Source: an uncultured Acidobacteriota bacterium (lineage in GTDB: Bacteria; Acidobacteriota; UBA6911). From it: DNA of 64,000 nt. The stretch spans positions 321,661 through 385,660 of the forward strand of contig CAWJKZ010000021.1 of assembly GCA_963843575.1 (NCBI GenBank), in the 5' to 3' direction. Made by a program: the position numbers and the translations under genes. Below, in pieces: positions 39,867-49,999 of this stretch (the stretch's first letter is position 1; every line of letters begins with the position of its first letter). The notes beneath the pieces are model-generated. The model worked only from the letters and a program-made list of their open reading frames with translations. It did no database searches and was not told the DNA's origin.

Positions 39867-40233
39867 GCCGGCAGCAAGACTGGGCGACTCAACCATGCAT
39901 GGTTCACCGTTGCTGGGTGCGGCGTGCATGACAGTGCTCATCGGCGGCAAGCCCGCATGGCGCATTACCGATCAGCACACCTGTCCAATCCCAAATGCTC
40001 CGCCTCCGGCTTGTACTGGTACGCCCCATGGTCCGGGAATCACCACGCCCGTTCCGGACGGCGGTTCGGGGATCGTCTTGATTGGGGGAAAGCCGGCCGC
40101 TCGGGTCGGAGACATCGTCATGGAGCCCGGCGCTCTCCTTCCGCTGCCGCCCCCCAACAACATCGTCGTCGGCGAGTTCACGGTGCTGATCGGGATGGGC
40201 GGCGGTGGCGGGTGCCCCGCGGGCGCAACCTGA
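39859..40233 (+). CDS. PAAR domain protein
   Basis: KPAARLGD..MHG, KPAWR..DQHTCP, KPAARVGD. Confidence 0.9.
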   Translation: MGKPAARLGDSTMHGSPLLGAACMTVLIGGKPAWRITDQHTCPIPNAPPPACTGTPHGPGITTPVPDGGSGIVLIGGKPAARVGDIVMEPGALLPLPPPNNIVVGEFTVLIGMGGGGGCPAGAT

Positions 40234-40747
40234 ACGTGACGAAAAGCTCCGGTCGGAGCTACGCTTTCTCTCAAGCTGGAGTGCGCATCGTCTAGTGGAA
40301 CCTTGGCGGCTGGCGTGCGGTTTTATGACAAGGAGAAAAATTCACCGGGATTTCAACGAATTTCTTGCCCGGTACGCGGATTGGGACGCCGCGCGCGGGA
40401 CCGACCTGGAGCCGAAGAACCGGAGAGGGCGTTCCCGACGTGAGTTCTGCGACCGGGAAGATGAATGACGCGCCAACAGACATCGCGGCCGGTCTAAGGG
40501 ATTGCGTTCTATGGAGGCTGCGCCGGACGGCATAACCTTTTTGATTTCAAATGGATTGGAAAGGGTGGGGGGGGTATAGGATTAGGTGGAGAAGTTCGAT
40601 CAGACAGATCTCCGGGTGATCGTTTAGATTAGTCCCGAGTCGCGAATTCACTCTCGCGCGCCGTATTCGAGCCGTAGGGGTTGCTCTCCTATGAGTGACT
40701 CCGGCTTTACATCCCTGTCCGGCGCGCTATTGCCAGAAAGGATTTCT

Positions 40748-41692
40748 ATGGCTGAGGACCAGAGACGTGCCGGCCAAGCGCGGGTGAACGCCGAAGAGTT
40801 GAGGCCTGGCGTGGATCTTTCCAAGCGCTGGCTTGAGGGAGCCGACCTCTCTCGCCGCGATCTTGCTGAAGCCAATCTGTCGGGAGCGAACCTCCGAAAT
40901 GCCAACCTGTGCAGCGCTGTCCTCGCTGGTGCCATTCTCACCGAGATCTCGGCTGAAGGAGCGGTAATGCGCGAAATCTCGCTAGAGAATGCCGAACTCA
41001 GCGATGCACTCCTCGTATCCTGCGACCTGACAGGGGCGAATCTCAAGGGGGCTAATTTGGCCAAGGCCAATCTGACGCGCGCGAAGCTAACCCGCGCCAA
41101 TCTGACTGGAGCCAATCTCTCGACTGCCAAACTGGCGGAGGCTGACCTGACTGGGGCTGTTCTTACGAGTGTAGATCTGTCTTCTGCGACGGCACCGGGG
41201 GCCATTCTGAGGGACGTCATCATGGAGGGATCGAATGCCAGGATGGCAGACTTTTCGGAGTGCGATTTCAGCCGAGCCAAGGTCCGGAAAGCCAGTTTCG
41301 AGCGGGCTGCGCTAACGAGGGCAACATTTGACCAGACCGCTGCAGAAGGCGCTGTGTTCGAATTCGCTGATCTGCGAGGTGCGACAGTCAAGAAGGCCGA
41401 ATTCGCACAGGCCAGCTTGGTCGGAGCGACTTTGTCTGGTGCCCGGGCGTTCGACTGTGATTTCCGCGAGACGGATTTCTACTGGGCTGAGATGGAAGGC
41501 TTCGAGATGGTGCGGTGCAACACCGAGGGCGCAAGGGTCCCGGAGAAGGTCGAGATCAAGTACGGCCCTCGGGGCGTGAAGCCACCCGAGGTTAAGCCGG
41601 TTCCCTTGTATCGAACCGCCGCGACTGCAGAGGAGAGGAAGAGACTGGTCGAGGCGGCTCTCAGGGCTGAATCCTCGCAAGGCAAGGAATAG
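40748..41692 (+). CDS. pentapeptide repeat protein
   Basis: Extended A(N/D)Lxx repeats. Confidence 0.88.
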   Translation: MAEDQRRAGQARVNAEELRPGVDLSKRWLEGADLSRRDLAEANLSGANLRNANLCSAVLAGAILTEISAEGAVMREISLENAELSDALLVSCDLTGANLKGANLAKANLTRAKLTRANLTGANLSTAKLAEADLTGAVLTSVDLSSATAPGAILRDVIMEGSNARMADFSECDFSRAKVRKASFERAALTRATFDQTAAEGAVFEFADLRGATVKKAEFAQASLVGATLSGARAFDCDFRETDFYWAEMEGFEMVRCNTEGARVPEKVEIKYGPRGVKPPEVKPVPLYRTAATAEERKRLVEAALRAESSQGKE

Positions 41693-41769
41693 GTAGCACG
41701 AGAACGTGGCGCCGGCGATTCCGGCGGCCGGGTAATTTCGGGCATTCGAAAGACGCTTCAAGTGTCTCT

Positions 41770-41976
41770 ATGCGCGTAGTCAACGGAACCCCATATCCTG
41801 TGGATACAGTGCTCTGGGAAGATCTCCAGGGACACTCCAAACTGACAGTTATCGTCAAGGCTACGTTCGAGATTGGAAAGGGTAAGATGGCGGCAGCCGA
41901 CAAGCAGCTCCCTGTCTTCGCTGCTGACCAGCACTACCGAGATGATCCCACCGCTTCTATGCGATCAGAAGGGTAA
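41770..41976 (+). pseudogene. truncated DUF2169 N-terminal fragment
   Basis: WEDLQ...VIVK.TF...PVF.ADQ.YRDD aligns with the first ~68 aa of the gene at 46550, then stops. Confidence 0.75.
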
Positions 41977-42082
41977 ACTCTACGAGGACAGGGCGTGGAA
42001 GAGCTGTCGCGAGGCGGCGAAACGTCGGCCCAGAAAACCGTGATACCCAGCAGCGGCGCTGGCCGGCATTAATGGTACTGAC

Positions 42083-45000
42083 ATGTGCGACGTCAACATT
42101 GCCACCGGTCAAGTTACGCAGTTCCAGATCGACGTGCTCCTATCGGGAAGGATTCCCTGGCGTCTGACCCGTCGCTACTCGAGCGAGAACCCCAAGCGCG
42201 GTGTAGTCGGCTATGGCTGGACGTTGAACCTTGGCACGTTCCTTCGATGTGGACCCGAACAGATCCAGATGCTGGTTGACGGCGAGCCGTCTTCGCAGTT
42301 CCCGCCGATCGCCGTCGGCCACTTGCGCCCGCTGGACGACTCTGGAGTTGCGGTGGCCCGAACGGACGCAGGCATCTCCGTGACGGACCGCGTTGGCACG
42401 ACATTCGTTTTTCCGTGTGGCGAGCCGCTGCCGAACCTAGTCCCCTGCGTGAGGCGATACGATCACTATCGTAACTTCATCGAGTACCGCTACGACGGCG
42501 ACGCACGGCTTCGGACGCTGACCGACACGTTCAATCGGCAGATAGTCTTCGCATACGACGGGCGCTCGCGGCTGGTCGAGGTGTTTGCCGCGTTCGGGTC
42601 GACCCACTGGTCTCTTGTCCGTTATGAGTACGACAAGGACGACGATTTGGTCGCCGTCATCGACCCCGGCGGGAATCCCACTCGATACGAGTACTCATCA
42701 CATCTGCTCACGCGTGTGACTGATCCCACCGGTCGCGATCTCTACTACCAGTACGATCGCGACAAGAAATGCGTACGGACCTGGTTTACTGGCGGGGTGT
42801 GGGATCGGCAGCTGTCCCACGATCCGCTTCGGCGGCGCGTTCTCGTCACTCATCCGGACGGATACTCGAAGCTCTTCAGCCACGACGGCAAGGGCACCGT
42901 AACCGGCGACGTCGATCCCCTGGGTCGGGTGCGCGAAGATGTGGTGGACCACAACGGGAAGATCCTTCTGCGTGCTGGCGCGATACCGACGGTCATCCGC
43001 CGCGACCCTGGTTCGAACATCGTGCTGATGTCTCGGAATGGGCTGGAAACCTTTGCTGAGGTCGACGCGAACGATCAGGTGACGCTGCTCAGAAAGCACG
43101 ATGGCAGTGTCTGGAAGTACGAATATGACGCCGCCGGCAACCCGACACGTTCGGAGGCGCCAGACGGCGCGGTGTGGAAGTTCGACTACAACGAACACGG
43201 TGACCTAGTCCGTTTCGTTGACCCTACCGGTTATGAACGACATCGCGAACGCGCTGCTGACCGGCTCGTCCTGCGCGATGCGTGGGGCCTTCGCCAAGAC
43301 GAGCGATTCGATCGCCTTGGCCGGACGACCCAGGTTATCGATGGAGAGGGCGGCGAGGTCCGCTTCCGCTACGACGCGTCCGGAAGACCGCTCCAACGCA
43401 TCAACCCTGACGGAACATCGACATCGGTCGAGTATGACGCCGCTGGCCGTCCCACTCTTCTGACAGACGAACTCGGTAAGCAACTGCGATTGATGAGGGA
43501 TCCCACGAACACGTGGGTCAAGGTCTTCCGTTCCGATGGACACCAGGAAGTCTACGAGTACGGCCTGAGCGACGAACTGAGAAGGATTACAAATTCAGCG
43601 CGCGAAACAGCCGAGCTCTGGTACGACGCCGCGGGCCGATGTACGCGCGTCCGCTATTTCGACGGACGACAACACGCGATCGACTATGACGACGCGGACA
43701 ATCCAATCGCGCTGCGAGATGGTCGAACGGGCACGGTGCTGGCCACGTGCAAGTACGCCGACGACAAACTCGTCGAGGAGCTGTATTACGACGGGCGCCA
43801 CTTGAAGATAGAGTACGGCCCGGCTGGGGAAGTGGTTTCGGTCGAGAACGACGACGCGACGCTGTCGTATGAGCGCGATGCGTTGATGCGTATCGTAAGG
43901 GCGCGTCAGAACAACCTGGAGCTGAACTACGGCTACAACCTCAGGGGGGATCGCACGTCTCTGACGACGAACAGGGGTCGTCGAATCGAGTACGTCTGGG
44001 ACGGTCGCGGTCGACTCGTCAGGATGGTCGACACTGCGGCCGGAACGTACGAGTATTCGTACGACGGCCGGGACCTAGTGACCGGGATCCGGATGCCCAA
44101 TGGGTGCGTCCAGTCTATCAAGTACGACCGACGACAGCGGATGATCTCGCGCCGCGTGACACGCGTCGATGGTTCCGAGATCTGCTCTCGAGAGTTCTCG
44201 TACGACCAACGATCACGACTGATCCGATACCTGGATAGCGTGCGAGGGACGCGAAGCTACACGTACGACGCATCGGATTTCCTGACGTCGGCCAGCGATG
44301 ACGGAGGCATCGTCCGGTTTCAGCACGACTCGAACGGCAACCTGCTGGCGACACGGAACGGGGATCCGGTCGCATACGCCCGCGGGGATCGCCCGACGCG
44401 CGTCGGCCCGGATGAAATCGGCTACGACGAGCGAGGCAACCTGGTCCTGTGGCGGTCTAGCAGCGGCGAATCTCGTTTCGAGTACACGGGCGAGAGCTGG
44501 CTCAAACGCGCGCGGCTCGCTGCCGGCACCGTGGCGGAATACGAATACGATGGGCTCGCACGCCGGACCGCGAAGACGGTTGATGGGCAGCGCACCGAGT
44601 TCGACTGGGATGGTGTCTGTGTGCTGAGCGAGCGCACCGAGACCGAGGCGATCGAATACCTGTTCATGCCCGGCTCCTTCTTCGTAGCAGGGGTCACGCG
44701 GGGCGGGCGACACTATTCCTACGTGCTCGACCAGCAGGGAGCGCCCACTGAGCTGATAGACGATGCCGGCGAGATCGTGTGGGCGGCTGATTACGCCCCG
44801 CACGGCGAAGTCACGGCCGTTCGAGTCGCCAAGGTCGCCCAGCCCTTTCGCTTCCTCGGTCAGTACTACGACGACGAACTGACGTGGCACTACAACCGGT
44901 TTCGGTACTACCACCCGCTACTCGGCCGGTTTACGAGCCCTGACCCGCTGTGCTTTGCGGCGGGCATCAACCTGTATCGGTACGCACCGAATCCCGTGAA

Positions 45001-45532
45001 TTGGGTCGATCCCTTGGGGCTGTCGGTGGCGACGCCCGGCGCCGGCGGCAACCCGGCCACATGCGAGGTGATATCGAACTGCGACTGGGGCCCGAAGATG
45101 ATGGAGGAGGCTAGGAAGAAGACGAGCGGGGTCAACGAGAAGGGATGCGATGCGATCATCACCGGTCCGTGCACCCGGCCTCCGGACCAGAAAGACTATT
45201 ACATGAGCAATTGCGTTGACGAGGATGACAAAGCAAAGGTTGAAGCATCCCTCAAGAGTCAGAACGATTCGTGCAAGAGCAAGCAGGTCGACCACATCAA
45301 GGAGGTTCAGTGCGGTGGTCAGAACGAATGCGATAACCTGGCACCGCTGACGCAAACGGTGAACGGGAGTTTCGGTTCGCAGATCAGGTCCTGCCGCAGC
45401 CAGTTGGCGGCCGCGGGTGTGACTGGCACGGTGTCGATGGTAATCAAGCTGGTGAACATTCGAAGTGCTTCCGCCGCGCAGCTGAAGAAACACGACAAAC
45501 AACCGTGTAGTGCCAAACCAGCATGCCCGTGA
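42083..45532 (+). CDS. RHS repeat toxin (DUF6531-like start, YD repeats, RHS core) with C-terminal Cys-rich HNH-type nuclease domain
   Basis: GYGW motif, YD repeats, RFLGQYYD...YNRFRYY...PVNWVDPLGL; tip DHIKEVQCGG...NL...VNGSFG. Confidence 0.88.
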   Translation: MCDVNIATGQVTQFQIDVLLSGRIPWRLTRRYSSENPKRGVVGYGWTLNLGTFLRCGPEQIQMLVDGEPSSQFPPIAVGHLRPLDDSGVAVARTDAGISVTDRVGTTFVFPCGEPLPNLVPCVRRYDHYRNFIEYRYDGDARLRTLTDTFNRQIVFAYDGRSRLVEVFAAFGSTHWSLVRYEYDKDDDLVAVIDPGGNPTRYEYSSHLLTRVTDPTGRDLYYQYDRDKKCVRTWFTGGVWDRQLSHDPLRRRVLVTHPDGYSKLFSHDGKGTVTGDVDPLGRVREDVVDHNGKILLRAGAIPTVIRRDPGSNIVLMSRNGLETFAEVDANDQVTLLRKHDGSVWKYEYDAAGNPTRSEAPDGAVWKFDYNEHGDLVRFVDPTGYERHRERAADRLVLRDAWGLRQDERFDRLGRTTQVIDGEGGEVRFRYDASGRPLQRINPDGTSTSVEYDAAGRPTLLTDELGKQLRLMRDPTNTWVKVFRSDGHQEVYEYGLSDELRRITNSARETAELWYDAAGRCTRVRYFDGRQHAIDYDDADNPIALRDGRTGTVLATCKYADDKLVEELYYDGRHLKIEYGPAGEVVSVENDDATLSYERDALMRIVRARQNNLELNYGYNLRGDRTSLTTNRGRRIEYVWDGRGRLVRMVDTAAGTYEYSYDGRDLVTGIRMPNGCVQSIKYDRRQRMISRRVTRVDGSEICSREFSYDQRSRLIRYLDSVRGTRSYTYDASDFLTSASDDGGIVRFQHDSNGNLLATRNGDPVAYARGDRPTRVGPDEIGYDERGNLVLWRSSSGESRFEYTGESWLKRARLAAGTVAEYEYDGLARRTAKTVDGQRTEFDWDGVCVLSERTETEAIEYLFMPGSFFVAGVTRGGRHYSYVLDQQGAPTELIDDAGEIVWAADYAPHGEVTAVRVAKVAQPFRFLGQYYDDELTWHYNRFRYYHPLLGRFTSPDPLCFAAGINLYRYAPNPVNWVDPLGLSVATPGAGGNPATCEVISNCDWGPKMMEEARKKTSGVNEKGCDAIITGPCTRPPDQKDYYMSNCVDEDDKAKVEASLKSQNDSCKSKQVDHIKEVQCGGQNECDNLAPLTQTVNGSFGSQIRSCRSQLAAAGVTGTVSMVIKLVNIRSASAAQLKKHDKQPCSAKPACP

Positions 45533-45587
45533 GCAGTAGATTTCATTTGGTAGAGATCGAAGAACGGCACCTTCTCTGGAGAGAACG

Positions 45588-46229
45588 ATGGGCGAGCAAG
45601 ACGAGCTGAGATTCAAGATCGATACGCTTCACAACAGGCTGAACGAGTTCTATGCGCTCGACGATAGCTGGCGCACGCTCGGCGAATGGCCCGAGGGTGT
45701 AACCGGCTCCGTTTTGCACCCACCGGCCTCCAGCGATGAGATTGCCAAGGCCGAAGCTCGATTCGGTCACAAGTTCCCCCCCTCATATAAGGAGTTCCTC
45801 CGGTTACAGTCCGCATGGGAGCACTTCTGGGGTGACAACACGCTCATAGGCACGGGGCGTCCGGCGACACAGAGAGCACAAGACAAAATTGCCGAGTACA
45901 TCGGATTCCAGCGAGACTCGTTGCGAAGGCAACTTGGTGCGGACTTGTCGCCCGAGGCGATCACGGCTTGGGAATCCAAAGAACCGCGAAACCTTTGCCT
46001 TGCCAATCAGTTGATCATCGGGACTGACTTCAGCGGCGCATTGTGGGCGTACGATACGCGTACCCGCCGTGAGAATGGCGAGATGACTCTCGTGTTTTGG
46101 GAGCTCAGCTACGGGGCCCAGGACCCGACCTTCGAGCGGTTCTTTCCCGACTTCCTGGACTTTGTGATTGGCGAAGTGGATTTTCGGATCGAGCATCTCA
46201 AGGCCGAGGAACAGAACGATTCCCAATAG
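45588..46229 (+). CDS. SMI1/KNR4 (SUKH) family immunity protein
   Basis: PPASSDEIAKAEARFGHKFPPSYKEFL; directly after the RHS gene. Confidence 0.85.
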   Translation: MGEQDELRFKIDTLHNRLNEFYALDDSWRTLGEWPEGVTGSVLHPPASSDEIAKAEARFGHKFPPSYKEFLRLQSAWEHFWGDNTLIGTGRPATQRAQDKIAEYIGFQRDSLRRQLGADLSPEAITAWESKEPRNLCLANQLIIGTDFSGALWAYDTRTRRENGEMTLVFWELSYGAQDPTFERFFPDFLDFVIGEVDFRIEHLKAEEQNDSQ

Positions 46230-46549
46230 ACGACCTCGGTCTTTGGGCAACGACGCCTTGGCCTTGCTGGTGCCCATCATTATCTGGCAACTGACGCCCT
46301 CATCTGGGGGTTCCGGGCTGGTGAACACTTCAGGAGACGGCCGCGCAGACCGCTGACAGCAGTTGCAGCCGTTGCGAACTAAAAAAACGCCACCGCAGCA
46401 ACGAACTTGGGCTAACCGGGGGCTAACCCGTTAATGAAACTGCCGCTGCTGCCGCCGCTTCATTCGCCGATTGAAATGCATTTGGGGGTTTGGGTGAGAA
46501 GTGGCAAAATGCGCGCAGGAACGCGAAGTCTGCACGACTACTTGAGCAT

Positions 46550-47635
46550 ATGCGGATCATCAATGAAACGTCTTTCTCGGTATGTACCTTGTTTTGGGAA
46601 GATCTGCAGCAGCGTGCCATGCTCTCGGTCATCGTGAAGTCCACGTTTGCCATTCAGAACGGCAAGGCGGCAGCGGCCGCCGATCAGGCACCGGTTTTCA
46701 CTGCGGATCAATATTACAGGGACGATCTGGCGGCACCTGTTCGGATGGAGGCTGACACCGTTTCTTTTAAACCTGCCGCGGACATTGTCCTCGTCGGATA
46801 CGCGCACGCTCCTCGGGGCCGTCGCGTAACACAGCTCGAAGCCATTCTCAAAGTCGGCAACCTGCAAAAGAGCATCAGGGTGTTCGGGGATCGCAAGTGG
46901 CGGTTTGCGAGCAAACTGGCGGGTGCTCCGGTGTTTACCTCGCCTGAACCGTTCCAATCGATGGAACTCACCTATGAGCGCGCGTTCGGCGGGATCGACG
47001 AGAAGTCGGCGGCGTACTGCGCGGAGAACCCGATTGGCAGAGGGTTCATCGGCATCAGAACGCCGGAGGCGATTCATGACAAACCACTGCCCAATATCGA
47101 GGACCCACGTCACCTGATCCAATCATGGGATGATCACCCCAAACCGGTCGGATTTGGATTCTATGGCCGCGGCTGGATGCCGCGGCTCAAGTACGCCGGC
47201 ACGTACAACGACAAATACCGCAAGGAGCGGGCGCCCGCTTTGCCCAAGGACTTTTCCAACGCTCTATTCAACGGCGCTCACCCCGATCTGCAGGTCGAGG
47301 GATACCTGCGGGGCGACGAGCCCGTTGAACTTCTGAACCTCAGCCCCGAAGGCAGGCTCAGGTTCAACCTGCCGGGCATTCGACCGAAAATCTGCATTAA
47401 AAAGTGGACCACCGATCCTGTCGTATGGATCGAAAAAAACACAAGCGAGGGACACGCCGCGACTCTCCACGAGGTGCCTACTATGGAGGAATCCGTGGTG
47501 CCAAATCTGGACACACTGGTCCTCATCCCGGATGAAGGCATCTTCTACGAGGTCTTTCGCGCGGTCTGCCCGCTGAAGAGTCTCGACACCCTGGAAATCT
47601 GCCAGATCAAGGTCACCGCGTCGGAGGGTAGCTGA
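46550..47635 (+). CDS. DUF2169 T6SS adaptor/chaperone
   Basis: VIVKSTF, FKPAADIVLVG.AHAP, VFGDR.W, YERAFGG, NPIGRG, YAGTY. Confidence 0.88.
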   Translation: MRIINETSFSVCTLFWEDLQQRAMLSVIVKSTFAIQNGKAAAAADQAPVFTADQYYRDDLAAPVRMEADTVSFKPAADIVLVGYAHAPRGRRVTQLEAILKVGNLQKSIRVFGDRKWRFASKLAGAPVFTSPEPFQSMELTYERAFGGIDEKSAAYCAENPIGRGFIGIRTPEAIHDKPLPNIEDPRHLIQSWDDHPKPVGFGFYGRGWMPRLKYAGTYNDKYRKERAPALPKDFSNALFNGAHPDLQVEGYLRGDEPVELLNLSPEGRLRFNLPGIRPKICIKKWTTDPVVWIEKNTSEGHAATLHEVPTMEESVVPNLDTLVLIPDEGIFYEVFRAVCPLKSLDTLEICQIKVTASEGS

Positions 47636-47645
47636 GGAGAGGCCG

Positions 47646-47828
47646 GTGAGTGCTTCGCATATAGGGCTGCTGTTCATCGGTCTCGCAGTGGTGTTTCTGG
47701 GACTCTCGACTCGGGATTACCTGAGGGCGGGTCCGAAGATGACCCCGGCGCGGCGGACATGGCTGCGGATTGGAGTGATCTTTGCTATTGTGGGCGTGTA
47801 CCTGTTCGTCACCAACCTGGGAAGTTGA
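47646..47828 (+). CDS. small two-TM membrane protein
   Basis: GAGGAG RBS, two hydrophobic segments separated by a basic loop. Confidence 0.5.
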   Translation: MSASHIGLLFIGLAVVFLGLSTRDYLRAGPKMTPARRTWLRIGVIFAIVGVYLFVTNLGS

Positions 47829-47880
47829 TCAGTCGCGAGAGACCTCCGACCAAAATTTGGGCCACCCTGCCTGTCGTGGC

Positions 47881-47909
47881 TTGACGCTGTTGTCCAATCC
47901 CAATATCTT
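47881..47909 (+). promoter_or_regulatory. possible sigma70 promoter for the 48006-52173 module
   Basis: TTGACG-N17-TATCTT in an AT-rich intergenic region. Confidence 0.45.
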
Positions 47910-48005
47910 ATTTTGATACGACGATTAGATGGTGGCAGCCTCCGGGAACTCGGCGCAAGGCAGAATTGAACTGCGGTCCCTTTTCTTTTGACTTGAAGCG
48001 CGGCT

Positions 48006-49950
48006 ATGAAGCTGACATTTCACGGGCGAGTCGTGGAGTTCCGGTGGAGATCCGAATCTGAGGATCGGGACAAACTCGAACTCCTGCCCGATGCTCCTGT
48101 GCTGCAGCTATCGCTCAAATCAGATCCAGATGCGATGGCGGTGGTGCGACGTTTGCTCGCCGAGCGGGGCTTGCGCCAGGACGTCGGCAGCCAGGACGAC
48201 GATCAGGTCATCCGGCAGATCCTGCGGTTGCACGATACCAAAGAGCTCATCCTGAGCCACACCCTGCGGCCATACATCATTGTCGATCGTGGGCAGGTGA
48301 AGCCCGAACCGCCCCCCCCAAAGCCGACACCGCCGCCCAAGCCGCCTGACGACAAAAGAGTTGTCGAATACGAGTTGGTCGAACTGGTCGAGGTCGTGAC
48401 GCAGGCCAAAGAGAAATGGGTTAAAGGTCCTGCCATGGACACCACGGACACGGCGGTGATCGCGGAAAGCGTCGAAAGAAAGGACAAGGACGGTACCCAT
48501 TTCAAGCAGTTCATCAATCTCAGCAAGGACCTGGAGGGCCAGCCGAAGCGGCACCCCGAGTTCGGCCGCGAAATCACATTTCGTGCCCGCGTCAGGCAAA
48601 AGGACGGGCTGAAGGACAAGCTGGCGGGGGTCAAAGTCAACTTCAGCCATTCACGCACGGACGGCCCAAACAGGTCCAATCCGGCAGCTCCGAATCCTGG
48701 AGTCTGGACGGGAGCTGCACTGACCGGAAATCAGAAGGAGGGCTTCAACCGGGCAAATGGCGATGCCACGACGACAGGGCAAACCGACAGTCAAGGCTGG
48801 ACAGGCGTGGTCTCGTTCCATGTCTCCATGTTTGGCGGGGACCGCTTCGAAATCAAAGCCGAGTTGGCGCCTGGAACGCTCGGCGCACAAGGGGTAGCCC
48901 CGATCAAGACCAAAGCCCAGTATGTGGTCTGGCGGAAGTTCTGGTATCAACTCACTCATGCTACTGGATACAACCCGCCGCAACCCAATAGCGCCGAACA
49001 AGCCTATACCGAAGTCTTTGGCGGCATGACCAAGGCGAATGTGAAGACCTTCTCCAAGACGGACTTGCCGGCAGACCTGCAGGACCGGACCTTTCTCAAG
49101 GAGTACATGGTCAAGCAGGGCGCCGCCAGCGGGGATCGCCGCCATCGGTGCTCACAACAAACAAGAATTTGCCAAGATGTTGACGAGCGAGCCCGACCAT
49201 CCACTGAAGGCGCACCTGATTGTCTGTCAATATCAATGTGATCCGGCAGCCCCGTCTGCATTGGGCATCTTTTCCTTGACCGCGAACGGCCAGGCCATAA
49301 CTCTCACCAAGGGTTCGGGCGGTTCGATTGTGAGCAAGCCCGCCCTGAAGGCCGGCGCGAACCTGGTTATTGTTGGCGAGTGGGCCACTGTCCAGACGCC
49401 ATGGACCAAGGGTGGTGACATCGGCGATGCGAATATCGAAATCGATTCAGGCAGAGCCAGCACCCTCAGCGTAAAGATCAACTTGCCGCCAGGAGCTCCC
49501 GCGCCTTCGGACGCAGCCAAGGTCTACGTCAAGCTGCAGGTGCAGACCTGCGCGAGTTACCTGGGCGAATCATTCGGCAAAGGGCAGATTCTGGTCGTCT
49601 ATCGACCGTCGGCAGCCGCTGGAAGCCAGGGGAGCGAGGTGGACTACAACGATACGGTTGCCCACGAGCTCGGCCACATGTGGAATCAAACACCTGTCCC
49701 CGCGAAGCAGCCGAATTCGATGAATGACCATCCTCTGCAGTATGTCGGGCACGGCGGCCAGGGCCCCCACTGCCGGCACGGAGCGACGGTAGCGGCCGGC
49801 GCCGTCAACTGGCAGGACAAAACACAGGAGACACCCAGTCCGAAGGCCGGAGACTGCATCATGTATCACAGTTTCAGCAGGGCTTGCAGCCACAAGTTCT
49901 GCCTTACGTGCACTCCCTATCTACAGCTCCAGGACATGTCATCCATGTAG
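48006..49950 (+). CDS. putative T6SS effector with C-terminal HExxH zinc-metallopeptidase-like domain; apparent +1 frameshift at GGGG 49131-49134
   Basis: Deleting one G fuses ORFs 48006..49241 and 49177..49950 into 647 aa; TVAHELGH...HC...CIMY...FCLTC. Confidence 0.65.
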
Positions 49951-49999
49951 CGGACATGCCCAGCAGCGTCTGTTTTGCATAGAAACAGCGAGCCTGAAT

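Noticed and set aside
40234-40747. Possible decayed PAAR extension or att-like sequence in the gap after PAAR
   Set aside because: No convincing ORF, repeat or tRNA fragment
46350-46475. Degenerate attC-like motifs (GGCTAAC, aatgaa/ttcatt) after the SMI1 gene
   Set aside because: No matching GTTRRRY box, no second site and no integron integrase in the window
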